A stretch of DNA of 64,000 bases from Phoronis australis (Eukaryota; Animalia; Phoronida): the NCBI GenBank assembly GCA_002633005.1, contig NMRA01000101.1, positions 945,151 to 1,009,150 on the forward strand, given 5' to 3'. The position numbers and the translations under genes are program-made. The notes beneath the pieces are model-generated. The model made no database searches. It worked only from the letters and a program-made list of their open reading frames with translations, and was not told where the DNA came from. This document shows positions 1 to 12,766 of the stretch, one piece after another (positions within the stretch are counted from its first letter, which is position 1; each line of letters opens with the position of its first letter).

Positions 1-2491
1 ATATTTTTAACTTAAGGCAATTGTTAACCATTTTTTTCATAGTCCATTAAATAACGTAAATACCCGATAGATATTTTTTACTGTCTGTTATAATCCATAA
101 AAGTAAATATTTTCAGTCATCACTTGTTGCTGGGCCTAGCTAGGTGACCACTATGTTCTCTCTTCTCCTGATGATGGAGTTTAAATAAACGACACTGAAA
201 CATGTCAAGCTGTTTTAAAACCGCCGTTGTTTTTATTAATATTTTTTGAATCCTTGATGACCAAAAATAAGTTGTGCCTTAAACCACAGCACAATTGTTG
301 ATGATGTGACTGACATTTTTTTGTGAAAAGTGTTACTTTTGCTGAACAACAACTTGTACAAAAAAAGGCAGCCATAGAAGATGAACCACGACTGCACTGC
401 GAATTGATTATATTTTGGGGGGAGGGGGCGTTTAATGATTTCATAAACTAACTTGACTTATTATGTCCACTATGATATCTATGTTGAAACCGATTAGTTA
501 TGGTGCATTGGTGCACCCCAGTTGTAATACCCTCTGTCAAGGTCCACCAGTCTACAGACCGAGTCATTTGACAATAATCAAAACAGAAAGCAATGTCTGG
601 TCAAACACTAGAATGACCGACAGGGGTGTGGTAGCAGTTGAAGTTGTCCAAAAACCATAACGTATCTCTCAGTAAAGTTGCAACAAAACCTGACAAGCTG
701 TTTTGTCAATACTTGAGAGAAAGGGAAAATCTAGCCAAAAACTAAATTTAAAAATGGCCAATAGAGACTGCTGCAGACTGTATCAAGTTTTATTAAAATA
801 TGCCGAGCTGTTGGTGGACAAGCTTGTTAAAAACTAAAATAGCCAACAGGTGTTGATATGGTAGCCAAATTTGTCCAAAAATCTAATGGTGCCACAGCAT
901 ACCAGCCATAAAAGGCGTTTAGCAAAAATGTGATGGACAACAGCCAACAGGGGTTGACATAGACACATAGTGAAAATGCAACAAATAGGCATTCAGACAG
1001 ACAATGTGATGATTCCTCGACTTCTCATTCAATTGGTTAGACATGTTTTACAATGCCCTTGCACTTGTTTGTGCTTGTGCCATACCTGGAAATTTTGCTA
1101 TTCCAAATAGTCACACTGGTTTTTATGAGATGTTTGCTACCTGATATCAATACTTTTCAAGAGATGCACCTCACAAGTCAAATAAAACATTTAGTACAGA
1201 TAAGCCATCTTATTGTATGAAGGGGTTGATGTACAACTCACACTTCTCTAAAATATACGACGACTTCTCAGAGTTGAAAACAAAAATGGCCAGGAGTTAT
1301 GAGATCTCCAATAATGATCTGTTGATGGCTTGAAAAGGTGTGGCTTGTGAGAAGAAATCAATAAGCCAAGTGTATTATGTATAAAGACTCACCCATGTAA
1401 AATCTCTAGTCAATTTCAGGAACCAGTGAGAACAGTGAACAACTAAAAATTTTTTGATAAAAAATCTGTAATTAGTGAAGTTACAAATTGTCCTGATAGA
1501 ATGAGTGTCTGACCCTGACCAAGCAATACCTGTGTGCCTGGGGTTGCAAAGCCCTTTTGAGAAAATCCAGGAGGGTCAACAATTACCTTGAAAAACCAGA
1601 TTACCTCCAAAAATGCATAATATTACTGTTTAGGAGTGCATTAAAAGTTTAGCTGACATTTTCTGCATAGCAAGAAAAAATTATAGGAGTACTCAAAAGA
1701 CTTTCTGTAGAATATTATAATGAAACAATTTTGACTTTTAACCAGTTAATCAAATAATCTGCATATGCAAATTATCTGCATTTTTTACACGTATGACAAA
1801 CACCTCATATTCACATTGCAGTTATTGAGCTATGGTTGCATATTTAAATAATCAATGAACTCCACAAGGTCCAAAGCGTTTTCAGCACAGTATGAGACAG
1901 TTATGATTAAATAACATGACAGAATCAAACCAAACCCGTACTCGCCTGGGATATTATCCATTTTCAGCACACCAAGATTTCATAATTTTCACTTCTAAAT
2001 GCCCATGTTTGGCTGTTCACCTCATTTCAAATGACTGAGACTTGTTCAATATAAAGTGTCTGTCAGTGAAATTGTGAACGCCCATCTCAGGAGCATTTTA
2101 GCTTTAAAAATGTAACTATGCAAGTCATTTATTTTTAGAAAACCATCCACTACACTTCCACCTAGTGCCATATTTGAGCAACAAAATCCTATCATGGCAA
2201 AATGGTTCCTTTGGCTCATGTACATTCTAATATTATTGTGTGTCTGCATGTGCGTGTGCGTGTGCGTGTGCAAGTTAAAAATGGTGAAGGCATCTATATA
2301 GATCAATCGGTCATTTGAGTAAATGTCCAAGCCAGATTTTTTTTAAACACGCTCTGTTCGTGCTCTTTTCCTGGATTAACCTTAGACGCCCAAGGTGAGT
2401 ATGACATGGTATAAAGCATATCATACAAAATATGTACTGGATAGACAATATTTGCATTAAGAAACACATGCTTGTCTCAAACTAAACCTAC

Positions 2492-2620
2492 CAGACTCAA
2501 CACTGCGTTGACCTCTGTATGTGTGACTTGTCATTCCATTTGACCTTCGCTTACTCATACTAAAGTCGTCATCTGAATCAGAGGCTGACTCTTCCTGCTC
2601 TGAGTCGTCTTCAAATGTTG
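2492..2620 (-). CDS. RPH3A: Rabphilin-family linker exon (ATFEDDSEQEESASDSDDDFSMSKRRSNG...); gene continues beyond window start
   Basis: Acceptor TTGTTTCAG| and donor G|GTAGG; 129 nt, open, phase 1 to 1, matching the previous exon. The acidic/Ser composition is typical of the linker. Confidence 0.78.
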
Positions 2621-3877
2621 CTGAAACAAAACAACCTGTTTCACATTCTACTCAGTTTACAAGGAAAACCAAAACCTGCATAGAACAGTAGCTAACATAA
2701 CATTAGAAACTGAACTATTCTGTATGATTAAATCCAGAAAAAAAATATTCTAACTATTTGTACACAAATAAATTGAAGTACCATTGTTCATAATTTGTCA
2801 ACTCATGCCTTGACAAAACTAATTTAAGCACCAAGTCATTATCTGTCAAATTCTTCATTAATCACATATTAATCTCATTCATTATGGGTACAAAAATAAT
2901 GCCCAAATTTAAAAATATGGCTTGGCTATTTTTTTGAAAATACTGGAGATTGTCATGATTCCCAAATATTATTTTTTTGTGCAAGAAACTAGCAAATTCT
3001 GGTTCTAAATTTGTTTGCTACAAAAGCATCTCTGAGATTTTCTTTTAGACTATGGTCTTTTAGCTCAACTGTGGAAAATCAAGACTTCCGTCTTGACTAC
3101 ACAGTTCTTTGCTGAAAAGGTTTTAAAATAAAATGGCAGATTACTTTGGCCAAAATGCAGCATACTTAGTCCTGGTCTGTGCCTGCATCATTTTTGAAGA
3201 CGCATAATCACCACTTAAAAACAGTTGAGAAAGTAAATCTTAGCATACATAATAGTGTTACTTTCATTAAAAATCATCACAGTTACAAACAAGAGAAAGT
3301 GAAAATTATATAACATAAAGCATATGCACGTGTTCTGTCTGTGACTTAAAGACCAGGATCTGGGCCTAATTCCGCTATCAAAACTAGTATGCCCGGCCTT
3401 GGCTAAAGCCAAATTGGCATATCCGGCGTTGATCTACCAATCATATTGGGTGATGATCTACCCATCATATCGAGTGATGATCTAAAAATCATATTGGGTA
3501 GTGATGATCTACCAATCACACCGAATTCTATCATGATTACCACCTTTTTTACCAGACCAAAACTTAATGATTTGAGCCTAGGACCTGGTTCTTAGTTTGA
3601 GCAGAATAAAAAAGCATTGCCACACAACATTACTAATCAGTTGAATTCTTGTTTTCAAAGCACCAATTTTCAAAACAACAACTAAACTACCAAATATGTT
3701 TTTCACCCATCCTAATGCGATAGTTAACATTTTTGTAGGGAAACAGACTATCAAGTTTGAAGGGTACATGGAACCCCAGCAATGGTGACATCCAGGGGTA
3801 AGGCATTTGAGAACCTGTCAGTTGTGTGCCCTACATTCAGTGAAGAAAGCATTGCTATGACATGTTAATAATATTAC

Positions 3878-4055
3878 CTCCACCATGCTGTTTATGTCTG
3901 CTCCATGTGTTGTATGCACGACTTGAACTTGATGAACCAGGTCGTGACCTGTTCAATGTCTGGTCGGAGCCATAGATCTGTGAATCCCAGGACTTTGTGG
4001 GTAATATGTACTTGGGGAGACCTCTGAAGAACCAGGCACCTGACCTCTTCCACAA
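3878..4055 (-). CDS. RPH3A: Rabphilin-family exon with the WKRSGAWFF Rab-binding motif (SHD2) and start of a Ser-rich linker
   Basis: Acceptor CTTAG|TTG TGG AAG and donor G|GTAAT. SGAWFF is the diagnostic Rab3/Rab27 contact motif. Confidence 0.95.
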
Positions 4056-4396
4056 CTAAGTACAATGGGAGACATGTGAGGGAAACAGTGCTGGACACAG
4101 ACATAACCTCTCAGCTCCATTCTCTTTTAAGCAGCCAATTAGCATCTGTACAATGTAACAAGGCAATGACAACTGTAACAAGACTACTGCTGTGAGCACA
4201 CCATGAACATACCGTCTCCACAATTCACTGCAACCCTATAAACTGTTAGTAAAAGAAGAGGCATTCTTTCAGGATAAAATTGAAGAGCAGCAACTCAGGC
4301 AAAAAGTAGGCTGCTTCCAATAGTAACTAGCTAACTGAGGGTGTTTACCGCTGCTTTCAACTGTAATTTGAATAAGTCAGCAAAAGCTGTACTCAC

Positions 4397-4483
4397 CTCT
4401 CGCTTCTCACTGCATAACTTACATAACCACAGTGGATGACGCTGACAGTTGAGTGTGTCCACACCACACTTACCACAGACTGC
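4397..4483 (-). CDS. RPH3A: Rabphilin-family exon: AVCGKCGVDTLNCQRHPLWLCKLCSEKRE (second half of the zinc finger)
   Basis: Acceptor TTGCAG| and donor GAG|GTGAG; 87 nt, phase 0 to 0. VCxKCGV and WLCKxCxExRE motifs complete the eight Cys ligands. Confidence 0.95.
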
Positions 4484-5833
4484 CTGCAACAGACAGAGAA
4501 ACGCAACATGAATCAAACGATGGAAAATTGCCGATGCTAGTAGACAAAGTTATCCTAAAACAGGTTGAACTTTTGAGCATGCCAACAAAAAATCACGTAT
4601 TTTGCATCAATTCAGCTCAACTAGTCCCATTTGATAACTGCATGTTGTTCAGTTCTTATACCTGACACTAGATGTCAGGCAAAGGCGCCGCCATTGCCAC
4701 AACTTTAGCTTTGATATCTTCACAGTTGGTCTAGCTTTGATATCTTCACAATTGGTCTACAACTCAAAGACTGCAAACCAATAGCTGATTTTCAAAATAT
4801 CAGCGACATATTGAAATTAATGACCCGCCAGATGGCGATCAGGTCTTTGGTGGAAAGGCGTTCGTTGCCACTTACACATGGTGATCCGCGGCTGACGGAA
4901 GGATTCAACCTGCTGGTATAAACAGTTTTTTACCTCCTTTTCTGCTATTATAATACAGGCAAATTTCCACTGCTGTGTAGTGGGATGTACCAATGCCTTA
5001 GGCAAACTTTTTAAAATATCAATGGATGAACAAGAGCATCATTACCATCAATCAGTTGGACACATCCCAATTTATATTAAAAAGTTATTAGTTGCTAAAA
5101 TTCTGTGTACAATTCTCATTTGAAACCATCTGAGTCTAACAGACTCGGGATTAATCAGAAGTCATTTTTGTGTTCTTATCATTCTAGAGATCGAGTGCCA
5201 ATATGAAAAGTTCAAATGTGGCATACTTGACTAAGGACTTCTGCTTCCTGTCTGTGGAAGAGCCTAATGACCACATATACACAGCAGAGTTCTCAAAAGT
5301 TTCAAATCAAGTGTTTTGTGCAATGGGCCAACCTGTGTGGCCTGCATACATACGATGCTATTGGTATGGGATCACCTGCACACATACGATGCTATTGGTA
5401 TGGGATCTCATGCATTTTTTTTTTGACTTCTAGCTGTTTCCACATGACGTATAGTTGCTTTGTAACAAGTCATTCCATGTCAAGACGTATAGTTGCTCTG
5501 TAACAACTCATTCCATGTCAAGTCTATTACTAAATTGCAGTCAAAGGGGGATATTTTTTTGAAGGCCTTGTGTCTTCAAATTTGAAGAATTAAGAATATC
5601 GTTTTTAAAAAAGTCTACTGAGTGCATCAAGTATGACAAATTAATGAGCCTGGCTTCAAAAAAGTAATAAACATTCCACTTTTATGTTATCTAGGAGCTA
5701 ATGAATTTAATTCCTTACAGCATTTTTAAGACATAACATAAAGTTTTCATTAAAGATTTTTAGTAAAATTGACTGGGGGTTATCTTGATACGAATATACC
5801 TTTCTTGCAAATGACTTAAAAAATGTGGTCATG

Positions 5834-6845
5834 CATAGGCGGATTTAGGGGGGGGGCCCAGGGGGCCCGGGACCCCCCCCTTGGCTGCCACAAAAAAAAT
5901 AAAACAGCAAGAGCGTAGGGAAATGTTGAGTTTATTAATTAACCCCGATAATTAAAATTATACGGATGAAACAAGATTTAAATGTGTGCAGTTTTAGGGT
6001 TGGGGTGGGGGGGCTCAGATCCAATTTCAGGTGTCAAATTCGGAACGCGGCTTATTCGTAACGGAAGTATAGCTAAGTATAGGCTCTCCCGCGATATCCC
6101 AGGCGACCGGCAGTGGCGCTGCGCACTACGACTCCAGTTCCGTCGTCTGCTTCACTGTGCAACAAAGAAAATTTACTTCATTTTTTAAAGAAAATGGAAC
6201 CTGAGCGACGATGAAAACAGAATCTGCTGGTAAGATGTGAATTTAAATCGAAGCCTTAGTGAATCACTCAGAAACTCATAATTCTCTCTTTGTCAAAATG
6301 ACTTTTAAGTCTTAAAAGACGATTTCCTAAGCAACCCGTCATTATTGCCAACACGAAAAACGGATTTGGTCTTTTGGGCATTTGAAGAGTATTTTAAATA
6401 CAACAAATTTGTTAAGAACCGATTGCACAAAATATAAAACATGTTATAAACATTACAAAAAGAAGTAAGTTTCGCGCGCAAACGCTATGAACCATAAACA
6501 AGTAGGTTTCTTAGTATAACTATAGCAGAGAAGTCGTGGTGGTGTAGTGGTAACGCACGTGCTCGCTAACTGCCAGGTCGCGAGTTCGAGTCTCTGGTAC
6601 GTGTAGTTTTCCTGATTTGATACGTTCTTCGTTTTTTTTTTCTTGGATAATTCTTCAGGAATCAAGGAAAATGCTTGATTTTTGGAGGAAAAAACAGAAA
6701 AATTTCCTTGGCGAGAGGGGGGCAAACCCCCCCTTCCGACCTGCCCCCTTCGGTGCTATGCGCGTCTACAATCGTGGTTTGCGCAAATGCTTACAGCCGG
6801 ACAAAATGTTGGCCCCCCCCTTGTGATATCCTAGATCTGCCACTG
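5834..6845 (+). mobile_element. Non-autonomous hAT-like (hAT5-type, 5-bp TSD) element, copy 1, with internal tRNA-like A/B boxes
   Basis: Imperfect TIRs CATAGGCGGATTTAGG / CCTAGATCTGCCACTG; TCATG duplicated on both sides; homologous to 9941-10880 and 29282-30220. Confidence 0.88.
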
Positions 6846-7061
6846 TCATGTGACAATAATAAAGACACAGTAGTAAGAAGCATATTTTTAGAATTATCAA
6901 TCTTTCTCATTTCAGATATTAATAATCAATACTGTGGTTGACAAAACATACTATCAGCTTTTTCGATATCTAACTTGAAGTTGAGGTCGTTTATTAAGGT
7001 CCTAGATAACTAAAAGCGATTCACAGCCATCAACCACTGAATTGATTATCCCTGTCATTAC

Positions 7062-7191
7062 CTTGCCACAGTCATCACAATAGGTAATGTTGGAGCTCAG
7101 CAGCCCAAACTCATCCCCACACAAGATGCACTGACTCTGACCATTACCCATGGCGTTCTTCTTCATGTTTTCCAAACGTTCCACCAGTCGA
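7062..7191 (-). CDS. RPH3A: Rabphilin-family exon: RLVERLENMKKNAMGNGQSQCILCGDEFGLLSSNITYCDDCGK (first half of the FYVE-type zinc finger)
   Basis: Acceptor TTTCAG| and donor AAG|GTAAT. Two CxxC pairs. Matches rabphilin RLVDRLENMRKN...CILCGE. Confidence 0.95.
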
Positions 7192-7350
7192 CTGAAACGA
7201 AAACATAATTGAACATGAGTAATGTGGCATCTTAATTAAGTATAATTAAGATGAATGACAAGGACACGTGATTCCTTTTAAAGTGAAAGTGCTCTGAGAA
7301 GCGACACATCAAACGTAAATTAGAAGCGAGGACGACAACCAAAGAAAGAA

Positions 7351-7533
7351 CACCCATGATCACAACCCTAACACCAACGATCACAACCCTAACACCAACG
7401 ATCACAACCACCAACGATCACAACCATAACACCAACGATCACAACCATAACACCAACGATCACAACCATAACACCAACAATCACAACCATAACACCAACG
7501 ATCACAACCATAACACCAACGATCACAACCACA
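7351..7533. repeat. 21-bp minisatellite (CACCAACGATCACAACCATAA), about 8.5 units
   Basis: Directly visible; accounts for the repetitive ORFs at 7232-7605. Confidence 0.95.
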
Positions 7534-9940
7534 AATGATGACCAAGACAACACTGATGATGGTAGCAAGAATAACACTGACAAAATTGAACAAACGATCA
7601 GTCATTCAACCACGAGACAATTCATACTTTATGTCCAACAACTCGTCACTGTCGGACCTTAGACATCAGAATTATGTATCATGCATACAGCTACAATGAG
7701 AATTGTGCATTATAGTATAGTTCATAATGCGAGCTGGAAGGAATTTATGTCATTTGTGTAGTTATGACGTATCTACAATCATCTTCAATTCAGCAAGATT
7801 TCGGCTGTCATAAACATAAGTTTTGATTTGCTAGTTAGGACACTGTTATGATGTTTTCAGTCAAGGTTTAAGTCCATGATTTTAACCTTTAAAAATTGAT
7901 CGTCGTTAGTTGGGATTTGAAATGCATACATTTGCTTTGAATAAACTGATTTTTGAGAGCAGAAATTCATTTGACTCAAACCCACCATGCAGCCACAAAA
8001 ATGTCATACCTAGCATTTAGAATGGCCAGATGTGCACCAGAGGATGCAATACATCAATTTTAATCGGCTTATCTCCCTGACTGTTAAAGGTTTATGAATT
8101 GATTTGAGGTCCTGGTGATTTTGTCTGTATTCATTGATAACCTGAATTTAATGCACATCTAAATGTTTAGTAGGAGCTTGAAGTTGTATTTTCTTTAACC
8201 TCCGTGCATGGTTATATTAAAACTATATAAGAAAGATGTATTTTAATCTGCTCCATTTGTAGATGTCCACACCTTGTCGATTTATAGCGGAGAATGATGT
8301 AGCCCCTTTAATTGACCACAAAAGTTTATACCTAGGCTAACAAGTTAAGGATGAAGCTGGTACTCAGCTGAAGTACAGTAACTTATCGTCGTCATTCTCC
8401 ATTGCCTGCGGAACTATCAGATTTCATGGAACTAGAGGCAGGTTGAGAATAGACCACTGATTCAAAGTTAGAAAGGTTAAAATAAGTATTCACATAAAAA
8501 ATAACGGGCGTAAAAAAGCGCACACGTTCATTTAGATACACACGTAAGGTCAGGCATGAGGTTGCGTTTCCTCTTCCCGCGCACAGGTACTAAACAAAAT
8601 ACACTATTTGGTTTCAATGTACACAGCTTGGTGATGGCAAATCATACTGGGACGCCTCAGCAGATTGACTATACATGAATGCAATTCTGTGTGATGTCGT
8701 TTAGCAATACTTTTTTCAGTATTTGATATCGTGTTACATACCCTCTGCGAAATCTCTCTATTGTTTAACACAACAGAGATACCGGTATAGCAAGAATTGT
8801 GTAAAATGTAAAATATATATACCGGTAGCAGAAATTGTGTATTTGAAACATAGATATAACAGGAATTGTGTTGTAACGTAAATATCGCAAGCATTGTGTA
8901 TAATAATTTAGAAATCGCAAGAATTGTGTATTATAATGGATATGAGGTAACCACAACTGGACGAGTCTGTGTCCCAAAGAGTTTTATTGGTGAATTTTTT
9001 TAACTTAATTAATGACTTGTCTTTTTTCAAAATAAGTTAATGCAAAAAATATAATATGCTTTAAGCCACAAAATATCTCATAGTGTTGCTTTTGACATGA
9101 AACGTTGTCCATATAAGCGACAGCTCTTGCTCCTGATCCCTTTAAAATACTGAATTATGAAATAACTTTTTCTTTCAAATTTCAAAAAAAAATATATAGT
9201 TTTGACAAATAGTAACAGTCATACTACAGGTGAAACTGGTGCACATTAAACAATAGTTCTCATTCTACCTAAATACAGTATTCAAATTAAACACACAAAG
9301 TGAGCTAACTACACAAGGGGTTGGCTGACTACTTAATGAGACTGAGCTCTTCGTGGCCAACTAATTCATCAAGCTCATAAGAGAACAATGAAAGTTATTA
9401 GCAACGATCTTACTGTAGCCCTAATTACTTACTCAAGGAGATGTGAGAATCGATTTTTTCACTCTCAGCAATACATAAATTTGATTTACTAAACAGTTAC
9501 TTCTTCTGAGATTGGCATTCATTACTTGAACACAACAGACGTGAAAGAAAAAAATGTTAAAATCAATACTGACAATATGTTGAGACAGGCAAAAGTTGAC
9601 AGATGAATTTCATATTGAAACATTCTCATGAGCTTCATCAGAATAGGCCTCGATTTTGTGACCTGCGGATTTTGTTTAATAGCCACCTGGTAAAAACAGT
9701 CGTCACGTCACACCTGAGCGTGTACTCAGAGAAATGGTCGATTTTGAAAGCCGTGGAAAATAAATGATCGAAACAGTTTTATCTGCAAAAACTGCGATAT
9801 ATTCTTTTACATGTAAACATGCAATCCTCAGTTACATTGATGGCATTGAGTAGGTCTGACGAAGTGCGCATCAGAATCAATTTCAACTATTGCATTAAAG
9901 TTTATTGTTTATCAGAATGAATAACTCATCCAAATCTATG

Positions 9941-10880
9941 CATAGGCGGATTTAGGGGGGGGGCCCAGGGGGCCCGGGCCCCCCCCCTTGGCTGCCGCAA
10001 AAAAATAAAACAGTAAGAGCGTAGGGAAATGTTGAGTTAATCAATTAACCCCGGTAATTAAAATTATACGGATGAAAAAAGATTTAAATGTGTGCAGTTT
10101 TAGTGTTGGGGGGGGGGCTCAAATCCAATTTCAAGTGTCAAATTCGGAACACGGCGCATTCGTAACGGAACTATGGCTAAGTATAGGCTCTCCCGCGATA
10201 TCCCAGGCGACCGGCAGTGGCGCTGCNGAAAATGGAACCTGAGTGACGATGAAAAAACAGAAGCTGCTGGTAAGATGGGAATTTTAATCGAAGCCTTAGT
10301 GAATCACTCAGAAACTCGCAATACTCTCTTTGTCAAACCTTATGTTAAGACGATTTCCAAAGCAATCCCGTCATTATTGCCAACACGAAAAACGGATTTG
10401 GTCTTTTGGGCATTTGAAGACTATTTTAAATACGACAAATTTGTTAAGAATCGATGGCAAAAACGTGTAATAAGCATTACAAAAAGTAGTAGTTTTCGCG
10501 CGCAAACGCTGTGGACCATAAACAAGTAGGTCTCTTAGTAAGGTATAAGTAGTTAAGTTGTGGTGGTGTAGTGGTAACGCACGCGCGCTCTATGCGCAAG
10601 GTCGTGAGTTCGAGTCTTTGGTACTTGCAGTTTTTCCTGTTTGACATGTTCTCCGTGATTTTGTTTGCCTTTTTTTCTTGGATAATACTTCAGGAATCAA
10701 GGGAAATACTTCATTTTTAGAGGTAAAAACAGAAAAATTTCCTGGGCGGGAGTGGGGCACTCCCGACCTCCCCCCATTCGGTGCTATGCGCATCTACAAT
10801 CGTGGTTCAGTTTGCGCAAATGTTTACAGCCGGACAAGATGTTGGGCCCCCCCCCTTGTGATATCCTAGATCCGCCACTG
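9941..10880 (+). mobile_element. Same hAT-like element, copy 2
   Basis: Same termini; TSD CTATG; an internal segment is missing at the single N at 10227. Confidence 0.88.
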
Positions 10881-11135
10881 CTATGTAATAACTTTTAAGA
10901 ACAATCATGTATTGTTTGAAATTCAACAGCGAAGGAAGACACATATTCATTTAGACAAGTACATGGTGATACACTTAATTAACGCTTCCACTGATCGATG
11001 ACATTAGAGCTGCTAGCTGATGAGAAAAATGACAGCTAATTGAAATCAATGATGTCACTTTTCCAAAGTGAGGCGAATGTTGCAACACAGAACAACAGCA
11101 TTGCCAGCAGATCCTCAACAACAACAACAGCCCTC

Positions 11136-11370
11136 GGTGATCAACAACCAATCTCACAATTGATCAAAAACCAACCGAACGATGCGATCAACAACCAATC
11201 CAACCTCGTGATCAACAACCAACCCAACTGGACCATCAACCACCAACCCAGCCACGTGATCAACAACGAAACTAACCATGCGATCAGCAACCAATCCCAA
11301 CAATGTGATCAACAACCAACCCAACCATGCGATCAACAATCAACCCAACCATGTGATCAACAACACATAA
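11136..11370. repeat. Degenerate 24-bp minisatellite (GTGATCAACAACCAACCCAACCAT)
   Basis: GATCAACAA recurs at about 23-24 bp; accounts for the N/Q-rich ORF 11040-11399. Confidence 0.85.
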
Positions 11371-11678
11371 TCGACTATATGACATATTGCAATCTTTGAA
11401 TTGTTTCACACTATTAAAAAGATTAGTGGTTCAGTGTAGCTACTAAAAATCAGACAATTAGGATGTTTTGTGGTTTAATTTGTCATTATATGAAACATAT
11501 ATATGAAGTTTGTGTAGACGATTTAAATGTCTTAGATGCATCTTGAGCTGTTAAGTCTTTGAGTAAATAATTTTGTCAGTTTTATCTTGATGAAGAAATA
11601 TGCAGTGTATAATGGCTGGCTTTAAACGTTTGTGCTGAGTGGTGTGAAACAAGAAATCAAAAATGAAAGCGCTCCGAG

Positions 11679-11970
11679 GAGCGACACTTGGCGAAATTAA
11701 CCAAAAAGATGACGATACAGATGATGACAAAGATGACGAATATGAAGACGATGGTGGAGAGGATGAACAACAGAAGTAATAATAACATACACATGACGAA
11801 CGTAGAAGTTCGAAATCAGTAAGAAACAGGCGACAGTCTTGAGCGACACTTGGCGAAATTAACTGAAAAGACAACGACGGAGATGATGAAGAAGATGGTG
11901 ACGAAGATGACGAATATGATGGAGGTGGCGATGATGAACAACATCACAACATTCATATGACGAACTTAGA
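11679..11970. repeat. Diverged two-copy ~162-bp tandem duplication rich in GAY triplets
   Basis: GAGCGACACTTGGCGAAATTAAC at 11679 and 11842, each followed by a GAT/GAC tract and ATGACGAAC. Confidence 0.8.
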
Positions 11971-12035
11971 TGTCATACATCAATAAGAAATAGGCTACAG
12001 TCTAGTTCAATAGAAGATAAACCAACATCAATGCA

Positions 12036-12766
12036 GCAAGAGCGCTCAACAAAGGAACAGCGTTATCAGAAAATCTCAAATAACTCGAAAAGTAGACGTC
12101 CTAGCGAAAAATGGAAAACATTCTGAAAGCTCGTTCAAAATTCTATCTAAACTGATGGTATCGCTTAATTTCGTAATTTTTTCGAAAAAAAATGAAATTT
12201 TCAAATAACTCGAAAACGGTAAGTCTGAGAAAAAAATTGTTAGAGGCCATTTGAAAGAATATACTTCAAAGAATCCACATGCAAAAAACCACGTCTTTTT
12301 CTCTTCCCTGTTTAAAATCGCACTCCAGCACGACTGAAAATGGGTCAACATGCGCCACATACGCCATCTTGAAAGTAACTTCCGTTTTTTTTGGCTTTGT
12401 ATAATAGCATGTCATAAGAAACTAATACCTGTAAAAATTCGAAGGAATTGGTCTTATAGTGCGTCCTCTACAGGAGAAAACGTTTTTAGGCCAAAATCGA
12501 GGTGTGCATGCGCGATCGCCGATATTTCTGCAAATGGCCGCCACAGCCGCCATCTTGGATACGATTTTGATGAAAAACAATAGGCTTCCAGTACTTCCGG
12601 AAGTATGTGTTACATGTAAATTTTGTGATGATCGGACGAAAGTTGCGACCTGTATCAAAACAAACGTAGTGGAAGAGCAACATACTTGGCGAAATTTATT
12701 TCGCCAAGTAATGACCATTTCCGGTTCACAGGAAATCTGCTTTTACGTTCCAGCAAGTGCGCCATA
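12036..12766 (+). mobile_element. DINE-1/Helentron-like interspersed repeat
   Basis: CAAGAG...CATAA ends in an A|A context; CpG-rich interior with repeated CGCCATCTTG motifs that contrasts with its flanks. Single copy in the window, boundaries inferred. Confidence 0.45.

Noticed and set aside
6533-6605. Functional tRNA gene
   Set aside because: A and B boxes are present, but the acceptor and anticodon stems do not pair consistently and the segment lies within a MITE.
11040-11399. N/Q-rich prion-like ORF
   Set aside because: Produced by a degenerate 24-bp repeat; no splice or homology support.
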